Shown piece after piece: positions 1-15,302 of a stretch of DNA of 64,000 nt. Location of the stretch: assembly GCA_951406725.2 (NCBI GenBank), contig OX597825.1, positions 69,812,001 to 69,876,000 on the forward strand, read 5' to 3'. The position numbers and the translations under genes were made by a program. Origin of the DNA: Octopus vulgaris (lineage: Eukaryota). A model generated the notes under the pieces. The model ran no database searches. It was given only the letters and a program-made list of their open reading frames with translations, and was not told the origin of the DNA. The stretch's first letter is position 1, and every line of letters begins with the position of its first letter.

Positions 1-751
1 CTCAAAGGCACAAAAGAAATGCCGCTAGACATTTTATCCAACGCACTACCGGTTTTGCCAGCTCGCCGACTTAGTTCCAGATAGAATTACGATGAATAAT
101 CAAATTCTATATTGAGAAAGACAAAGGAAGAGGGAGAGATAGAGAAAGAAAATCCCATAGAGCGAATTCCCAGTGCTGTCATATTTTCTCAACAAGAAAA
201 TATTATATAGCTCGGAGGAGACTCGTTAATCTTATGAACAATAAATTCTATACGCGTTTTCTATCATCGTCTGTAATTATTTAACATAGCTTTAAGATAT
301 ATATTCATTATTTCTTGAAATCATTTCCCATTTTACTTGAGGATTTCAAAAGCTTTATTTTGTTTATATTATCCAGCTAAAAGAGAAATATCACTTAATT
401 ATTAATTCATCCCGTACACCGTTCTCTATGTCAGTACTCAATCCAAATTCGTGCCTTTTTTTTCTTATTTCAATTACTTCTCTTGTCTCAGTTTAATTGC
501 AGTTATTGAACCTTGTGATATTTCTCGAATGAACTTTCGTAGCACGATCCAAATGAAATCCTATGTTGCCTCACAGCATGTCGACAATATTAGCTACATT
601 TCCATTAAAATGTATCCTAATGATTGAAGTATAAAAAGAACATTTTCGAGAGTGATGTTCGCGGACACAATGCCTTTGCTCAGAGATATGCACAGTATGG
701 AAGCTGACCTTGAAGGAAAGCAGTATCAACAATAATTTTAGCATTAAAGGA

Positions 752-860
<109 letters not shown>

Positions 861-878
861 ATATACATAGATATATAT

Positions 879-1095
879 AAGGCGGTGAGTTGGCAGACTC
901 GTTAGCATCCCGGCGAAATGCTTAATTGTGTTTTGTCTGCCGCTGCGTTCTGAGTTCGAATTCCGTCGACGTCGACTCTGCCTTTCACCCTTTCGAGGTC
1001 GATAAATTAAATACCAGTTAAGTACTGGGCTCGATGCGATCGACTTACCTCTTCCTCCAAAATTTTTGGCCTTGTGTCTATAGCAGAAAAGATTA
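879..1095 (+). mobile_element. SINE family M (head AAGGCGGCGAGCTGGCAGAA; core GTCGACTTTGCCTTTCATCCTTTCGGGGTCGATAAATTAAGTACCAG, MetaSINE-like)
   Basis: More than 20 related copies in the window. This copy ends in the ...GGCCTTGTGTCTATAGCAGAAAAGATTA tail. Confidence 0.8.
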
Positions 1096-4000
1096 AAGGA
1101 TACATATGCTGTCTCTTTTCGTTTCCTTAACATACTATAAACAATGGCAGATTAGGAGAACATATAGAGCAAAAGATAAAATAGCCGACAAGGATTAATA
1201 ACGTGTCAGTCAATATTTCTTCGGGTAAGAATTACGCTGTTGTATGTTTTGAGTTCAAATCACACCGAGTTTCATTTGATACTCATTTTTCATCATCATC
1301 AACCCAGGACATTACTGTCTCGATTCCCAGTTTACATAGGGCCGGATGTCTAATTTCTATCGTGTATAAGCGACTGAAATCGGAACAAATTCCCTGAACG
1401 GGAAGCCAGTGGGTAGCATAGTTATTCATTTACAGTCGGGTGGACTGGAGTAAAATGAAACGGAGTGTTTTGCTCAAGAACTCAACACACCGCCTGGTCT
1501 GTTGCAGGAACGGAAACCACAATGTTATTCTTGTGTGTTCAATACTTTAACTACCAGGCCAACACCTTCGCATTCTTCTCATGCATCCGGGGTAGATACA
1601 ATACTTTCCAACCAAGTACTGGTGTTCATGCGATAGAGTACTTTCGTATCTTGAGTAGATATTATTGCTATAACAGCAATTCAGTGTGTGTGGGAGCAGG
1701 ACATATACTAATGAAATACTTTTATATCCCCTCCCCAAATTTACGAACACGTACTTGTTCAAGAAATTGAATTATATCCTCAGTCTAGTTGTATGTAGCT
1801 GAACCGAGTTAATCCATGAACCAACTGGTTTTCACATTCATAACCAACGCAAGGCCCTAATTAACATCGGTCACCGTGATAGATATAGCAGTTAAATCTT
1901 CCACGAATTAAACCTTATCATCTAATGATAATCAGTAGTTGATACTTCAGAATGAACCTTCTGAAACACTTGAGTTTTATACACTGTTTATAAAAATAAT
2001 TGAGTTCTATAAACTCAATTATTTAAATGCAATGAAAATCAAGATGAGTTCTAGTCTAAGGAGCTTGTATCTCTTGATATACTAAAGTACTGTTTTGTAT
2101 TTTTGCTGGTGTTTTCTACGAATTTTTCCCAGGAATTTATTACGCTACCACAGACGTAGATATTTTCATTATCGGATTACCTTATGTAGGTAATACAGGA
2201 TTATTACTTTGACACCACATACTCCCATTAAAGCAAATTCAGTCCCTTTGTAGCATTCGCTTCTTGCATTGCCACGCGCATGATTATCTCGAAAGGTTAC
2301 AATCTAATACGTAGCTCACCTTCAAAGTATTCATTGGAGGGTCACTGGGGTAGAGTTCTCGAGCACCACCGTCATAGTGTCCTATCAGAAGCAAACACCA
2401 TTAGACGTCTTGGCTAAATTGTCAACCGTGGTCAACTGAGGCTATGTATATTATACAGCTAACTAGTTATGGGTCGATCCTAGGTCTTCAGCCTGTCGGC
2501 TTGACTTGAAGGATGTGTCTTGCCATTCTTTTCCGCGACATTCTAATGAAATGTTTATATTACCGTAGCCGTGACCTCTCAATACGAAGAGATAGTGGCT
2601 CAATATGGAGAGACTCACTGAAGTTAAGACAAAATAACCACACACTGGTTTGTGTTTTTTGCGGTAAAATGTCTGAAAAAAATTCTAGATGGCAGTAATA
2701 TTTTTCGTTATGAGGTACACACAATCACAAACAAGAGTAAACACAATTTAAGTTTCTTATATTATGGAGATGCATTGGGACACCTCTATTAACTATTTCA
2801 ACGATCGAGAAATAGAGAAATTTCGCTTCATTCATTTCTACTAAACAATTATTATAGAATCTGGAGAATATTGGTGTAAACACTATACGTTAGAATAACA
2901 AGTTTTTGGCCCCATATTTATGTATTGAAAGCGAACAAAGATAACCTTTACTTTTCATCATTCTAAGGTTGAGAAAATAATTTCCAGTTTGATCCTAAAG
3001 GTGATTCAAACGATTACACTAGCTATCGTATGTAATTCACTTTCTGTTTAATCAAAAGAAATTTCTATTATAGCTTCATGTATACATTATTCGAGCTCGG
3101 TTTAAAAGAAGGAATGTGTTCGAAATTGCATATTCTCTGCCTTTCGGCAGATTACAAAGTTCCATCATGAATATACTGGAAACGAGTAAGGTAATCGATA
3201 AAAGTGTAAGAGGTGTGGAATTAAGAAGAACGAAGTCGTTAGAATTAGTAAAGAAGCGAAAAATGAATATGAATAAACAGGAGAAAAAGGAAGACTATAA
3301 TGATAAACGAAGTACGATAGAAGCCTATAAAGGAGACTGTTTTGCCTGTAAAGTTATTCAGATTCTCGTAAAATATTTCTATGCTCATCTAATTGAAAGT
3401 GACTGGCGTGTAAGAGTTCAAAGTATGATGTTCTGAAAGAGCGAATGCAGTAGTTCAAACATGTCAACGAATAGTGACTTCCAGAGGAGACAGTCTTTGA
3501 TCTATGGCGAACATTGTTGAAGATCTCAGTACTTAATTTAAGAATTCATTCTGTTTCAACTGTTCAATATTTCCGTAAGTTGATTTTCCTTATGTTTCAT
3601 TATGTTTCGGTCAAGTCCCTTTTGTAACCAGTTCAAACTTCTTGACCGATTAAAAGTTAATCTAAAACACATGGAAACAGGGAGAGAAAGACATGGACTG
3701 TGAAAGATCTCTACGTGGTCACTCGATGTACTAGAAAGATCTAGAAAGATTATCCATATGTTCCTTATATTTCATTCCATCAACGTAATAATGTCGGACA
3801 TAGATAATTTCGTCTCGTGCATACATTTTCGGTAGGATTAGGTAGCCTGGTAAATCAGCTCATTAAGGAAAAACCCAAGGCTAAATTACAAAAACGAAAT
3901 ATTCCATATGTTAACGAGGAAACTCGCTTCAATATTGGAGCCTCTTCGTAGTTAATCGTTCTCCTAAAAATAGCAGCCAAATCTTACTTCAATTACACCC

Positions 4001-4845
4001 TAACGCTTTTTAAAATTGAAACATGGAATGGAATAATTGCAGATAGCACTATAGGGAAGTGTGGCCTGAAAATACAGCCAGATGATGGCTAAAATCTTTT
4101 AATGTTAAGTTTGTTCAAAATTCTCTACTAACAACTTTAGAAAATTCATCTCAGGTCTCCCTAAATTATTCTGTGTGAAGGACCAAGTCGCTTGTTGTTA
4201 CCGTGTCAGTTTTATCAGCACCACCGTTTCCGTTCTAGTAGTTTTTGTTGTCATCAACGAAATTGTAAGTGTGCTATTGTTCTTGTTCAACCCCGGGTCC
4301 CCTATGATCGAGCAAACTCCTCGAAGATATGATCCTAGTCATAAACACCCGTGTTTAATAATTCAAAGTCAATAGCGCTTAATAGAATGCATAATGCCGA
4401 GTGTGCTAATATAAGAATCTCGAGATATGTGAAGAGCGTAGTTATTCTTAACATGAATGAGACCACTCTAAATGAATCTCACTCTCAAGATGTCGAAAAA
4501 AATGCTATCATAACAGACCAGATATGATGTTCTGAAGCAGAGAAAACATAATATTAACAGTAACTGGCAGACACAGATTTGACGATAATTTTTTTTTATC
4601 TTTTGCTTGTTGGAATCATTAGACTGCAGCCATGCTGGGGCACCACCCTGAAGAATTATTGTCCAGTACTTATATATTTTAGCCTCGTACTTATGCTATT
4701 ACTGTCTCAATCTCTCTCTCCCCGCCCCTCTCTCTCTCTCTCTTGCCAACCCGCTAAGTTACAGAGAAACAATAACGCTAGTGGTTAAGGGGTGGTTGAG
4801 GAGATTCACAAAGGCACACACACACACATAGGCTCCCCACAGGCG

Positions 4846-4915
<70 letters not shown>

Positions 4916-4917
<2 letters not shown>

Positions 4918-5143
4918 GAGGCGCAATGGCCTAGTGGTTCAGCGAAAACACCTAAAAGCTCCACGAGGCTCCGGCAGGGGGGGGGGTGATCCCTGCTGTA
5001 CTCTTTCACCACTCTGTCTCCCACTCTTTCTTCTGTTGGCCTGCTCGCTTAGCCAGCGGGGTGGCGTCATTCGAAGGCTAAAACAATGCGAACGCATTGT
5101 GACCAGCGATGTGTAACAACATCTGATGGTCTGGTCGGTCACG
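4916..5143 (+). mobile_element. tRNA-Arg-like-head SINE (octopus OR-type), tail variant B, internally deleted
   Basis: GGAGGCGCAATGGCCTAGTGGTT head fused directly to AGCGAAAACACCTAAA. Tail matches the 29814-30102 and 45412-45697 copies. Confidence 0.8.
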
Positions 5144-5520
5144 AAGATATATATATATATATATTTATATACATTATATATATTTATATAATAATAAATA
5201 ATAAATACATATATATACATATATAAATATATGTATATATATATATATATATATACATGTATAAATATATACATTTATGCATATATAATTATATATTTAT
5301 ATATATACATACGATATTCCGAAAAAAAATATTGAAAATGGGCGTATATATATATACATACATACACATCTACCTATCCGTTTGATGAAGTCTAAATTCT
5401 AACACGAAGCCTTTCTCTGAAATAATGCTGAGTAAGCATACATATGCGTGTGCATGTCTGTGTGTATGTGTAATGGGATGGATGGTGAATGCGTGTGCGA
5501 GTATGAGTGTGTGTTTATTT

Positions 5521-5906
5521 GTGGAGGCGCAATGGCCCAGTGGTTAGGCCAGCGGACTCGCGGTCATAGGATCGCGGTTTCGATTCCCAGACCGGGCATT
5601 GTGAGTGTTTATTGAGCGAAAACACCTGAAGCTTCACGAGGCTCCAGCGGGGGATGGTGGTGATCCCTGCTGTACTCTTTCACCACAACTTTCTCTCACT
5701 CTTACTTCCTGTTTCTGTTGTACCTGTATTTCAAAGGGCCGGCCTTGTCACTCTCTGTGTCACGCTGAATATCCCCGAGAACTACGTTAAGGGTACACGT
5801 GTCAGTGGAGTGCTCAGCCACTTACACGTTAATTTCACGAGCAGGCTGTTCCGTTGATTCGGATCAACCGGAACCCTCATCGTCGTAACCGACGGAGTGC
5901 TTCCAA
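5521..5906 (+). mobile_element. Full-length tRNA-Arg-like-head SINE (OR-type), tail variant A
   Basis: A box TGGCCCAGTGG, anticodon-like TCG, B box GGTTTCGATTCC. 10-bp TSD GTGTTTATTT at 5511-5520 and 5907-5916. Near-identical to the 12652-13038 and 57008-57392 copies. Confidence 0.92.
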
Positions 5907-6517
5907 GTGTTTATTTACAGTACATAACAAACTAACAAGCGTAAGCTGGAGAGACGAAAAACAATATTTATCCCTTGATAATATAACCGTAATGGAAAAC
6001 ATTATCATGGTGTTAATGAAAAACTAATCTTAAGAGAGTTGTGCTAAAATTTCAATCAATCTAAAATTAATTGCAAGCACGATAACAGTGATGAACTGAA
6101 TTTTGACACCTGTGATAACAATTACATACAGGTTTCTGTGTTATTAGTGCTCCTCAATCATGCATGTTTCAATCAGCGCTCGAAATCTTAAAGCGACGAG
6201 CACAGGTCGTACATTGTTTTTCACTGAGTTGGTATATGCAAAAATGACGCTGAAAATGTTCCCATTGGTTTCTGATGCAGGGAAAATATATAATCAAATC
6301 CAAGATGGTTATATTGAGGATCGTAAAATAAGGTAAATTAATTACGTGAAAGTATGATCATAATGAAATCGAAAAGTCATTAGTGTTGATGAGCAATTAA
6401 TCTTAAAAGTAACGCGGTAGAGAATTCATAAAATTCCAGCGGTAAAAATTAAAAGGGAGCTATAAAAATGAGAAGGCCTCCAACGTAATTTCATAATATA
6501 AATTTAAGAATCCATTT

Positions 6518-6518
<1 letters not shown>

Positions 6519-6570
<52 letters not shown>

Positions 6571-6572
6571 TG

Positions 6573-6636
<64 letters not shown>

Positions 6637-6732
6637 TAATAATATAATATTAATAATATAATAATAATAACGATAATAATAATAATAATAACGATAATAA
6701 TAATAATAATAATAATAATGATGATGATGATG

Positions 6733-6803
<71 letters not shown>
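6519..6803. repeat. (AAT)n microsatellite with GAT interruptions
   Basis: Direct reading. Confidence 0.97.
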
Positions 6804-6805
<2 letters not shown>

Positions 6806-7342
6806 TTATAATCTTTTAATGTCGTAATTAAAAACCTTTAACTGAATCTAAATTCTCTGTATTTGATTTTCTTTGCAAGAGATATATCATTACTACTCAA
6901 AAACAGCATCCACAGCAAATCGTCCATCTTGCCGATTTTTTAGGTCTTCACTTGCCACTTGAAGAGTCTAGAGAGAAAAAGGACCCCTTGTGTCAATGGG
7001 AGAGAATTTCTTGGTACAATAACCTAATGAGGACGCCTTTACACAGTCGCTCGATCTGTTAAAAACAGCGACCAAATCTCCCTGAAATTACAAACTTTTC
7101 TATTTTGCATACATATTTCTAAATATTATTTTCTACTTTTTAAAGATTGAAATGCTTTCATTATTTTTTATGTGGACAAACTTTATAATTCTTAAATTTC
7201 AATGCGCCTAAAAATAAAGTATAAAATGGAGAATTATGTAACTACATTGATTAGTAAGAACACATGCCTGGTTCACTTGTTACTCACGACATATGGCAAT
7301 TGAAAAACTTCCCAATTTATGTTGATGCATAATCTTTAATTT

Positions 7343-7885
<543 letters not shown>

Positions 7886-8947
7886 GGTTTCAGTTAACTA
7901 CTTCAAATTTTTATACTAAAATTTAATACTTAAAAGTTTTAGATACTTTCTTGCAATATTCAACGTGCAATATGAGAGTTAGGGCGATAGGACTTTATCA
8001 GTTTATATTGCAAAAGTTGTTTAAACTCTCTTTTCGTTACAATTTCTATTTCTAAGACGTCAGACATATTGATTTTCTTCCTCTAACGTAATACACTACA
8101 ATTTTCGTCAAATACAAGTGTTATTAGGTTCCTAAAATATATCTACATTATAGTTATTACTGAAAACAAAATAGGATTGTGAAATTGTGACAATTAGTAT
8201 CAGAATACACTGACAACGTTAAATTGCTTTTTTGTTGTCTTCGTTTCTTTACGCTGCTTTCGTTTTCTGGGTGAGGAATCCTTTCAGCAGAATATGCATT
8301 AGTCATTTACGATAATATTAAGAATACAAGATTTTTGAAATTTCATGAACCATTTCTATAGCACTGTGAAATAATCACATTACTATCAAAGCAAAGTAAA
8401 TATTTATTTCGAGCCCATGAAGAAATCTATAGTTCTTCACATGTCTTGCTAAATAAAGCAAATAAAATAAAATTCTCTTTTTTTAATCTATAGGCTTTAT
8501 GACATCAGATAATGTAGTATTACGTAGTGCTTGTGCATTTATACAAAAATGGTGATTTGGTTATGACTGGGACGCTATTCATTATCTATCTTCGGGACCA
8601 GAATCAATCTAGGTTGAAACATCATCAAGCAAATGTGCAATCAATTATTTTCAATTAGTAATCCATTCAAAGTAGAAATGTTTGCTATCACCTCCATAAT
8701 TAATAGAACCAATTACGTTAAGTCTTCTAGTCATAGTTTCAACATTTGGTCCTTAGTGCTACAGAAACAAGGCAAAAAATTTTGAATGGGTGCTTGACCA
8801 GTTTCATCGATTGCAGTGCTTTATTGGTACTTATCTTATCGTCCCCTAAAGGATGAAAGTCAAAGTCGACCTGGGTGACATTTGAATTCATGTCGTAAAG
8901 CTGTATGAAATTCCGGTGAGCATTTTGTCTGGTGTAGTACTAACTAT

Positions 8948-9231
8948 TGTGACCCCCTTTGTCATGAATCACCATCTCGGGGAGATTCAGCGTGACACAG
9001 AGTGTGACGAGGCTGGCCCTTTGAAATTCAGGTACAACAGAAACAGGAAGAAAGAGTGAGAAAAGGTTGTAGTGAAAGAGTACAGCAAGGTTCACCACCA
9101 CCCCCTGCCGGAGCCTCGTGAAGCTTTAGGTGTTTTCGCTCCATTCACACTCACAATGCCCGGTCTGGAAATCGAAACCGCGATCCTACGACCGTAAGTC
9201 CGCTGCCTAACCACTGGGCCATTTTGCCACC
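8948..9231 (-). mobile_element. OR-type SINE, short tail variant C, inserted at the head of a minus-strand family-M SINE (about 8800-8935)
   Basis: Shares head and core with variant A. 12-bp TSD AGTACTAACTAT at 8936-8947 and 9232-9243. Confidence 0.88.
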
Positions 9232-9488
9232 AGTACTAACTATGCACCACAAAAAAATAGTTATGTCAGTATATCCTGCCTTATAACGAACTTAACATCC
9301 AACCATTTTCAAGAAGGTGAGACATACATGATATTACTGACTTCTATACATTGTCAAAATATAAGATGAGATGGCCACATGGGGAACGCTTTGATGATAG
9401 ATCTGGTACAGGTGCTAAACAAGAGAAATGTAAGAAAAAGTACATCAAAAGTGCACATTTATTTACTTCCATTTGTATTCTTTTTCAG

Positions 9489-9631
9489 GTGTAATTATAT
9501 TCGCATCCGATCAAGAAGTTGGAGAATTGATGCTGGCTGTGGCGAGAAGAAATGCCACAGGGATGTTCTCCTGGATTGGAAGTGATGGATGGGGAGGCAG
9601 AGCTGTAGTCTACGAGAACAAAGAGAGACAG
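9489..9631 (+). CDS. Internal exon A of a metabotropic glutamate receptor-family (class C GPCR, mXR/mangetout-like) gene, Venus-flytrap domain
   Basis: Acceptor tttttcAG at 9487-9488 and donor GTaaat at 9632. Translates (G)VIIFASDQEVGELMLAVARRNATGMFSWIGSDGWGGRAVVYENKERQ, containing the mGluR WxxSDGW motif. Phase 1 in, phase 0 out. Confidence 0.95.
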
Positions 9632-9670
9632 GTAAATGTATTTCTTTCTATAGTAAATGTTGTTTGTGCG

Positions 9671-10026
9671 CACATACATACATACATACATACATACATA
9701 CATAGATACATAGATACATACATACATTCATTCATACATACATACATACATACATGCATACATGCATACATACATACATACATACATACATACATGCATA
9801 CATACATACATACATACATTCATACATACATACATACATACATGCATAAATACATACATGCATACATACATACATAGATACATACATTCGTACATACATA
9901 CATACATACATGCATACATACATACATAGATACATACATACATACATACATACATACATACATGCATACATACATACATACATTCATTCATACATACATA
10001 CATACATACATACATACATACATACA

Positions 10027-10062
<36 letters not shown>

Positions 10063-10067
10063 TATAC

Positions 10068-10121
<54 letters not shown>

Positions 10122-10126
10122 GTATA

Positions 10127-10213
<87 letters not shown>

Positions 10214-10214
10214 G

Positions 10215-10245
<31 letters not shown>

Positions 10246-10250
10246 GTATA

Positions 10251-10314
<64 letters not shown>

Positions 10315-10316
10315 TG
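9671..10316. repeat. (CATA)n followed by (TA)n microsatellite, starting about 40 nt downstream of the exon A donor
   Basis: Direct reading. Confidence 0.97.
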
Positions 10317-10725
10317 CGTGCGTGCAAATGTGCGTTTGTGTGAATGTGTGTACGGGTGTGTGTGTTTACCTATGTGTAAGGTGTGTTTGCGTGCGCCTAA
10401 TTTAATAACGAGCGGTAATAAGACGTGCTTAACACCTGAGGGCTCAATAATAATTCTTTAATCGAATTTAAATCGATAGCCTAAAAGCAAAGGTGGTAAT
10501 AGGCTAATACGAGCAGTGGTGTGTATTCCGCTCACTTATTCAGGCTGGGAATATGCAGAACCTTTCACCATCATCTCTTTATCAACAGAGATCAAACATA
10601 GTAAAACTGTTTCAAACCAGACCTTATTACCGATATCGAGAATAATATATGTACGTATGTTTGTTTTGTTTGTTTGTTCTCCAGTTTCAGCTCTTGAACT
10701 GTGGCCATGCAGGGGCACTGCCATT

Positions 10726-10817
10726 TATGTATGTATGTATGTATGTATGTATGTATGTATGTATGTATGTATGTATGTATGTATGTATGTATGTATGTAT
10801 GTATGTATGTATGCATC

Positions 10818-10911
<94 letters not shown>
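10726..10911. repeat. (TATG)n-(TATC)n compound microsatellite
   Basis: Direct reading. Confidence 0.97.
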
Positions 10912-10957
10912 CCTTTCCATCTATCTACCTAGCGAAGACATGACACGATGTAGGTAA

Positions 10958-11116
10958 AGAAATTTGAGAACTTTGAAAAGAAATCACGAAACCGGTTATT
11001 TCTCCAAAAACTATGTTACTATACACAAAATTTTATAACATTTTTTCTAACAACGACTTAAATATATTCTTTAACCTTATAACACGAGCCGTGTGTAGTG
11101 TTTTCACTCTTTTTAT

Positions 11117-11120
<4 letters not shown>
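10958..11120 (+). mobile_element. PLE-type terminal fragment with decayed hammerhead, abutting (TA)n; same family as 42539-42701
   Basis: AGAAAT-TTGAGAA...CAC-GAAA-CCGG-TT-ATTTCT. Colinear similarity to 42539-42701 down to TTTTCACT...TATA. Confidence 0.55.
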
Positions 11121-11200
<80 letters not shown>

Positions 11201-11212
11201 CACACACACACA

Positions 11213-11263
<51 letters not shown>

Positions 11264-11277
11264 CATACATACATGTA

Positions 11278-11595
11278 TAGGTGCAAAAATGGTTGTGAGG
11301 TAAGTAGCTTGCTTACTAGCCACATGGTTTCGGGTTTAGTGCCATTGCGTGGAACTTTGGGCAAGTCTCTTCTATAAAATCTCGGGCCATGTTTGTGCAT
11401 CTGTGCTTGTTCCCCCCACCATCGCTTGTCAACAAATGCTGGTGTGCTTACGTCCCCATAACTTTGTGATTCAGCAAAAGGAACCGATAGGATAAGTACG
11501 AGCCTTATAAAGAATAAGTCCTGGTGTCGATTTGTTGGGGCAAAGGCGGTGTTCCAACATGTCCGCAGTCAAATGACTGAAACAACTAAAAGAAT
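11278..11595 (+). mobile_element. tRNA-derived SINE family K with CORE-like TTGGGCAAGT motif
   Basis: Similar to 20775-21155, 41268-41672 and 50941-51415. Ends ...GCAGTCAAATGACTGAAAC. Confidence 0.8.
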
Positions 11596-11619
11596 ATATA
11601 TATATGCATGTGTTTATGT

Positions 11620-11678
<59 letters not shown>

Positions 11679-11899
11679 TGTGTATGTGTGTGCATGCTCA
11701 TATTTTCAGAACCATGCACATGTCCGTGATCATCGACATTTTTGGATGGAACGGAAACATTATTTGGCTGACAAACGAGGTTTAGCGAGTAAACTTCTAG
11801 TTACAGACAACTCTAACATCCTGATGGATCCGCTAGATACTTTCGAAGGAACATTTTTCTTGACTGCTGAATCGGAATTCGAAAGCAGCGGAGGATTTC

Positions 11900-12360
11900 A
11901 TGATTTCTTAAGAAATCTCTAGCCATGGAAGAATGTACAATCATCATTTCAAGAGTTTGAAAATACTATGAGCAAAATGAAAACAGGAACATCTTGAGCA
12001 CCAGACAATAACCCTATTGAAATACTGAAACATGTGCAGGGAGATGGTGTCTCTCAAAACCCTGATGCTAAGATTATGGGAAGATCTCCGAATTCAAAAA
12101 GAATTTAAAATGTAAATTTTATGATCGGTTTTAAGAAAGATGAATGAAACTCATGTGGGAATTATCGTGGAATATTATTACTGCCCATGGAAAGGAGCAT
12201 ATTTGCAAGAATCCATCTAAACAGTGTACTGGTTAATGAAGAGAAGCTTCGAAGAATAGAATCAAACATGATGATATACTAGCTATGAGGATTGGTTAGA
12301 ATGAGGAAATTTCCTTGTCAACCACTATTTAGTGAATTAAGCAGTGGGAAAAGACAATAA
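11900..12360 (+). mobile_element. Degenerate RTE-clade LINE reverse transcriptase fragment
   Basis: Around 12130-12225 reads FKKD..SCGNYRGILLLP...IFARIHLN, matching RTE CGNYRGISLL..GKIFARILLNR. Contains stops and frameshifts. Confidence 0.7.
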
Positions 12361-12651
12361 CACCTTTCCGTCGTTTTAAAAACTAGGTAAACTAAATATT
12401 CGACATGGCTGAACTAGGACAAAAGTATATAGAAAATTGAAGACGAAAGCGCCTTATTGTGTGTTGCTCAGTCATCAAGGAATCTGAAGTATTTTTTTAA
12501 CTAAAAAGAAACCAGAAAATTGAAGAAAGATAATCCATCGCTTAGACAAAAATTTATTTAATTTTGTAGTATTATATTTCGAATGACAACATGTGAAACA
12601 AATTCCAAATGGGATTGAGAAATATATGATAGACAGCGATAATGTGACATA

Positions 12652-13038
12652 GTGGAAGCACTCCGTCGGTTACGATGATGAGAGTTCCGTTTGATCCGAA
12701 TCAACGGAACAGCCTGCTCGTGAAATTAACGTGTAAGTGGCTGAGCACTCCACAGACACGTGCACCCTTAACGTAGTTCTCGGGGATATTCAGCGTGACA
12801 CAGAGAGTGACAAGGCCGGCCCTTTGAAATACAGGTACAACAGAAACAGGAAGTAAGAGTGAGAGAAAGTTGTGGTGAAAGAGTACAGCAGGAGTACACC
12901 ACCATCCCCTGCCGGAGCCTCGTGGAGCTTTTAGGTGTTTTCGCTCAATAAACACTCACAACGCCCGGTCTGGGAATCGAAACCGCGATCCTATGACCGC
13001 GAGTCCGCTGCCCTAACCACTGGACCATTGCGCCTCCA
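12652..13038 (-). mobile_element. Full-length OR-type SINE, tail variant A
   Basis: Reverse complement of the 5521 copy. 11-bp TSD AATGTGACATA at 12641-12651 and 13039-13049. Confidence 0.93.
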
Positions 13039-14374
13039 AATGTGACATAACAGATAATATGAATATATGAAGAATATGAATATATTTGAAACATTCCTGG
13101 AACATTTCTGTTTAGCAACATCGTATAAAGTACAACAAACGCCTGAGTGCGTAGAGTAATTACTTTGGATATCCATATTGCTTATTTGGTTTCATCGGTC
13201 TTGTGATGTCATTATAGTGTAGAGAGTTATCCGTATCGGTATTGCTGATCCGAAGTGAAATTCCTAACTAATAAATATTTATTAGTTAGGTGTTAGGGAC
13301 ATAATTTACGAGTCGGATTGTTTCATGAAACATTACGGCTTATATATACAAGTGAACGTATATCAGTTTCAAAAGTGCACAGAAACAATGATACTGCTGT
13401 AGTCTATGCCAGAATAGAAGAAAATTAGGTTCAGTATCGTTAGCCTTGGAATGTTATATGATATGGATCAAACAAAACATGATAAACAGCAGTATGAAAT
13501 ATGAATAGATCTACCAAATTCTCAAACATGAAGAGATCAATAGTTTGCGGCTCGGCATTGAACTTCCTCAAAATCATTCACTTTGTATTGACTTCACGTA
13601 CGAATCCTGCATTGCAGAGCTCATATCTCAGCAAAGCCATGGAACTGAAAAACTGCATTTTTTCCTGAAAGGATATTTTGGGCATATTTCCTGTAAACTG
13701 GGAAAGAATAACAAATTTTAACACGACGTTTAGTCTCTCTTTTAGAGTTGGTGCGCTACGCCACATCAAATCTTGAAGGCAGCGCTGTTGCGCTTCCAGA
13801 ACAGGAGATGGCTGCGAAATATCTCACGAACAAATGCAGCAATAAAAATCTCCAGGTTCAAACACAAATGCCGATTAAGCAACTATTTTGTGGTGAACAT
13901 GAAAAATGCAAATAGCAGATGCCCATGTATGCCATTGAAAAGCTTGCTAATACAATAGCAAAAGCAGGCTGCGGAAAACTCTACACTGTGTTAAACATAA
14001 GCAACATCTATCATATAGAATATATGCAGACATTTCAATACAAGGTATTTTGAAGAAATATTATTTTCTCTCACGTCTAATCTAATATAACTGACATAGT
14101 TATCGGGGACGGGAACGTCATGTACAATCGGAATAGTTTACTGCAATGGGGATGAAAATATCTCTTCGAAAATGAGGGGAAAAAATGTTTCGAAACATGA
14201 AGATCCTCTACCCTGATTATAAATTGGTATTTGTGACAATAATTTTTGGTGCACATAAAGAATACTTACAAATGCGTAAGCAACAAATTGGGTTGCTAGG
14301 GTTTTGAAGCAAAGAAAGAGACATGCTGAGAAACTGTAACTGGATCAGTACAGATATATGGCTAAGCACTAAAC

Positions 14375-14383
14375 ATGTGTGTG

Positions 14384-14470
<87 letters not shown>

Positions 14471-14520
14471 GTGTATACACATAAAAATGTATATGTATAT
14501 ATATCTATATATACAGTATA

Positions 14521-14556
<36 letters not shown>

Positions 14557-14674
14557 CAGTATATATACATATACAATATATATACATATACAATATATAT
14601 ACGTATATATGCATATATATATATATATATATATACACTATATATACATATACAATATATATACGTATATATGC

Positions 14675-14729
<55 letters not shown>

Positions 14730-14770
14730 TACATATACATATGCATACACACATATATATATTCATATAC
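14375..14770. repeat. (CATA)/(TA)n degenerate microsatellite
   Basis: Direct reading. Confidence 0.95.
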
Positions 14771-15302
14771 AGAGAGAAAGAGATAGACAGACAGGATGTG
14801 TGTCTAATGAAGACGGAAGGAGTCAATCAATATATATTATGTTGCAGTAGTTATTGTTTAAACTGATTATTTCCATTATGACTCGGGTCCCATATTCTGA
14901 GGTTTCCTAACGCTCAGCGTGACATGAAACTCGAGCAACCACAATTACACAGTCTAAGTAAGTTACGCACATACTCATGAACACACATGTTCACGTACAC
15001 ACACACACACAATCACGCACACTTTTACTGATACACACACACACTTACGAACACTGGCACTGATACACACACACGCTCTCTCTCTCTCTCTCACACACAC
15101 TTACGCACACTGGCACTGATACACGCACACTTACGCACACTGGCACTGATGCAAACACACACTCTCTCACACACACACACGCACACACGCACACAAGCAT
15201 ACACACACGGGTGCGTGGTTTCCAACAACGTATTTTGTTGAATTAACGCGTAATTTCCGACACACCTGTATTTCAATATTCATTTTCTATTTCCCTGATT
15301 AG

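Noticed and set aside
3116-3436. 106-aa lysine-rich ORF as a possible upstream exon
   Set aside because: No mGluR similarity and no recognisable domain.
5523-5600. tRNA-Arg(TCG)-like sequence (also at about 13038, 30102, 45412, 57392) and tRNA-like 47893-47965
   Set aside because: These are SINE heads: the acceptor stems do not pair properly and the sequences continue into repeat bodies, several with TSDs.
9473-9877. ORF-track boundaries for the receptor exons (9473-9877, 15303-15623)
   Set aside because: They run past splice sites into intron sequence; replaced by the splice-defined exons.
13578-13958. Complex-sequence island with short ORFs on both strands
   Set aside because: No recognisable motif or splice-consistent link to the receptor; possibly an old transposon remnant, but not supportable.
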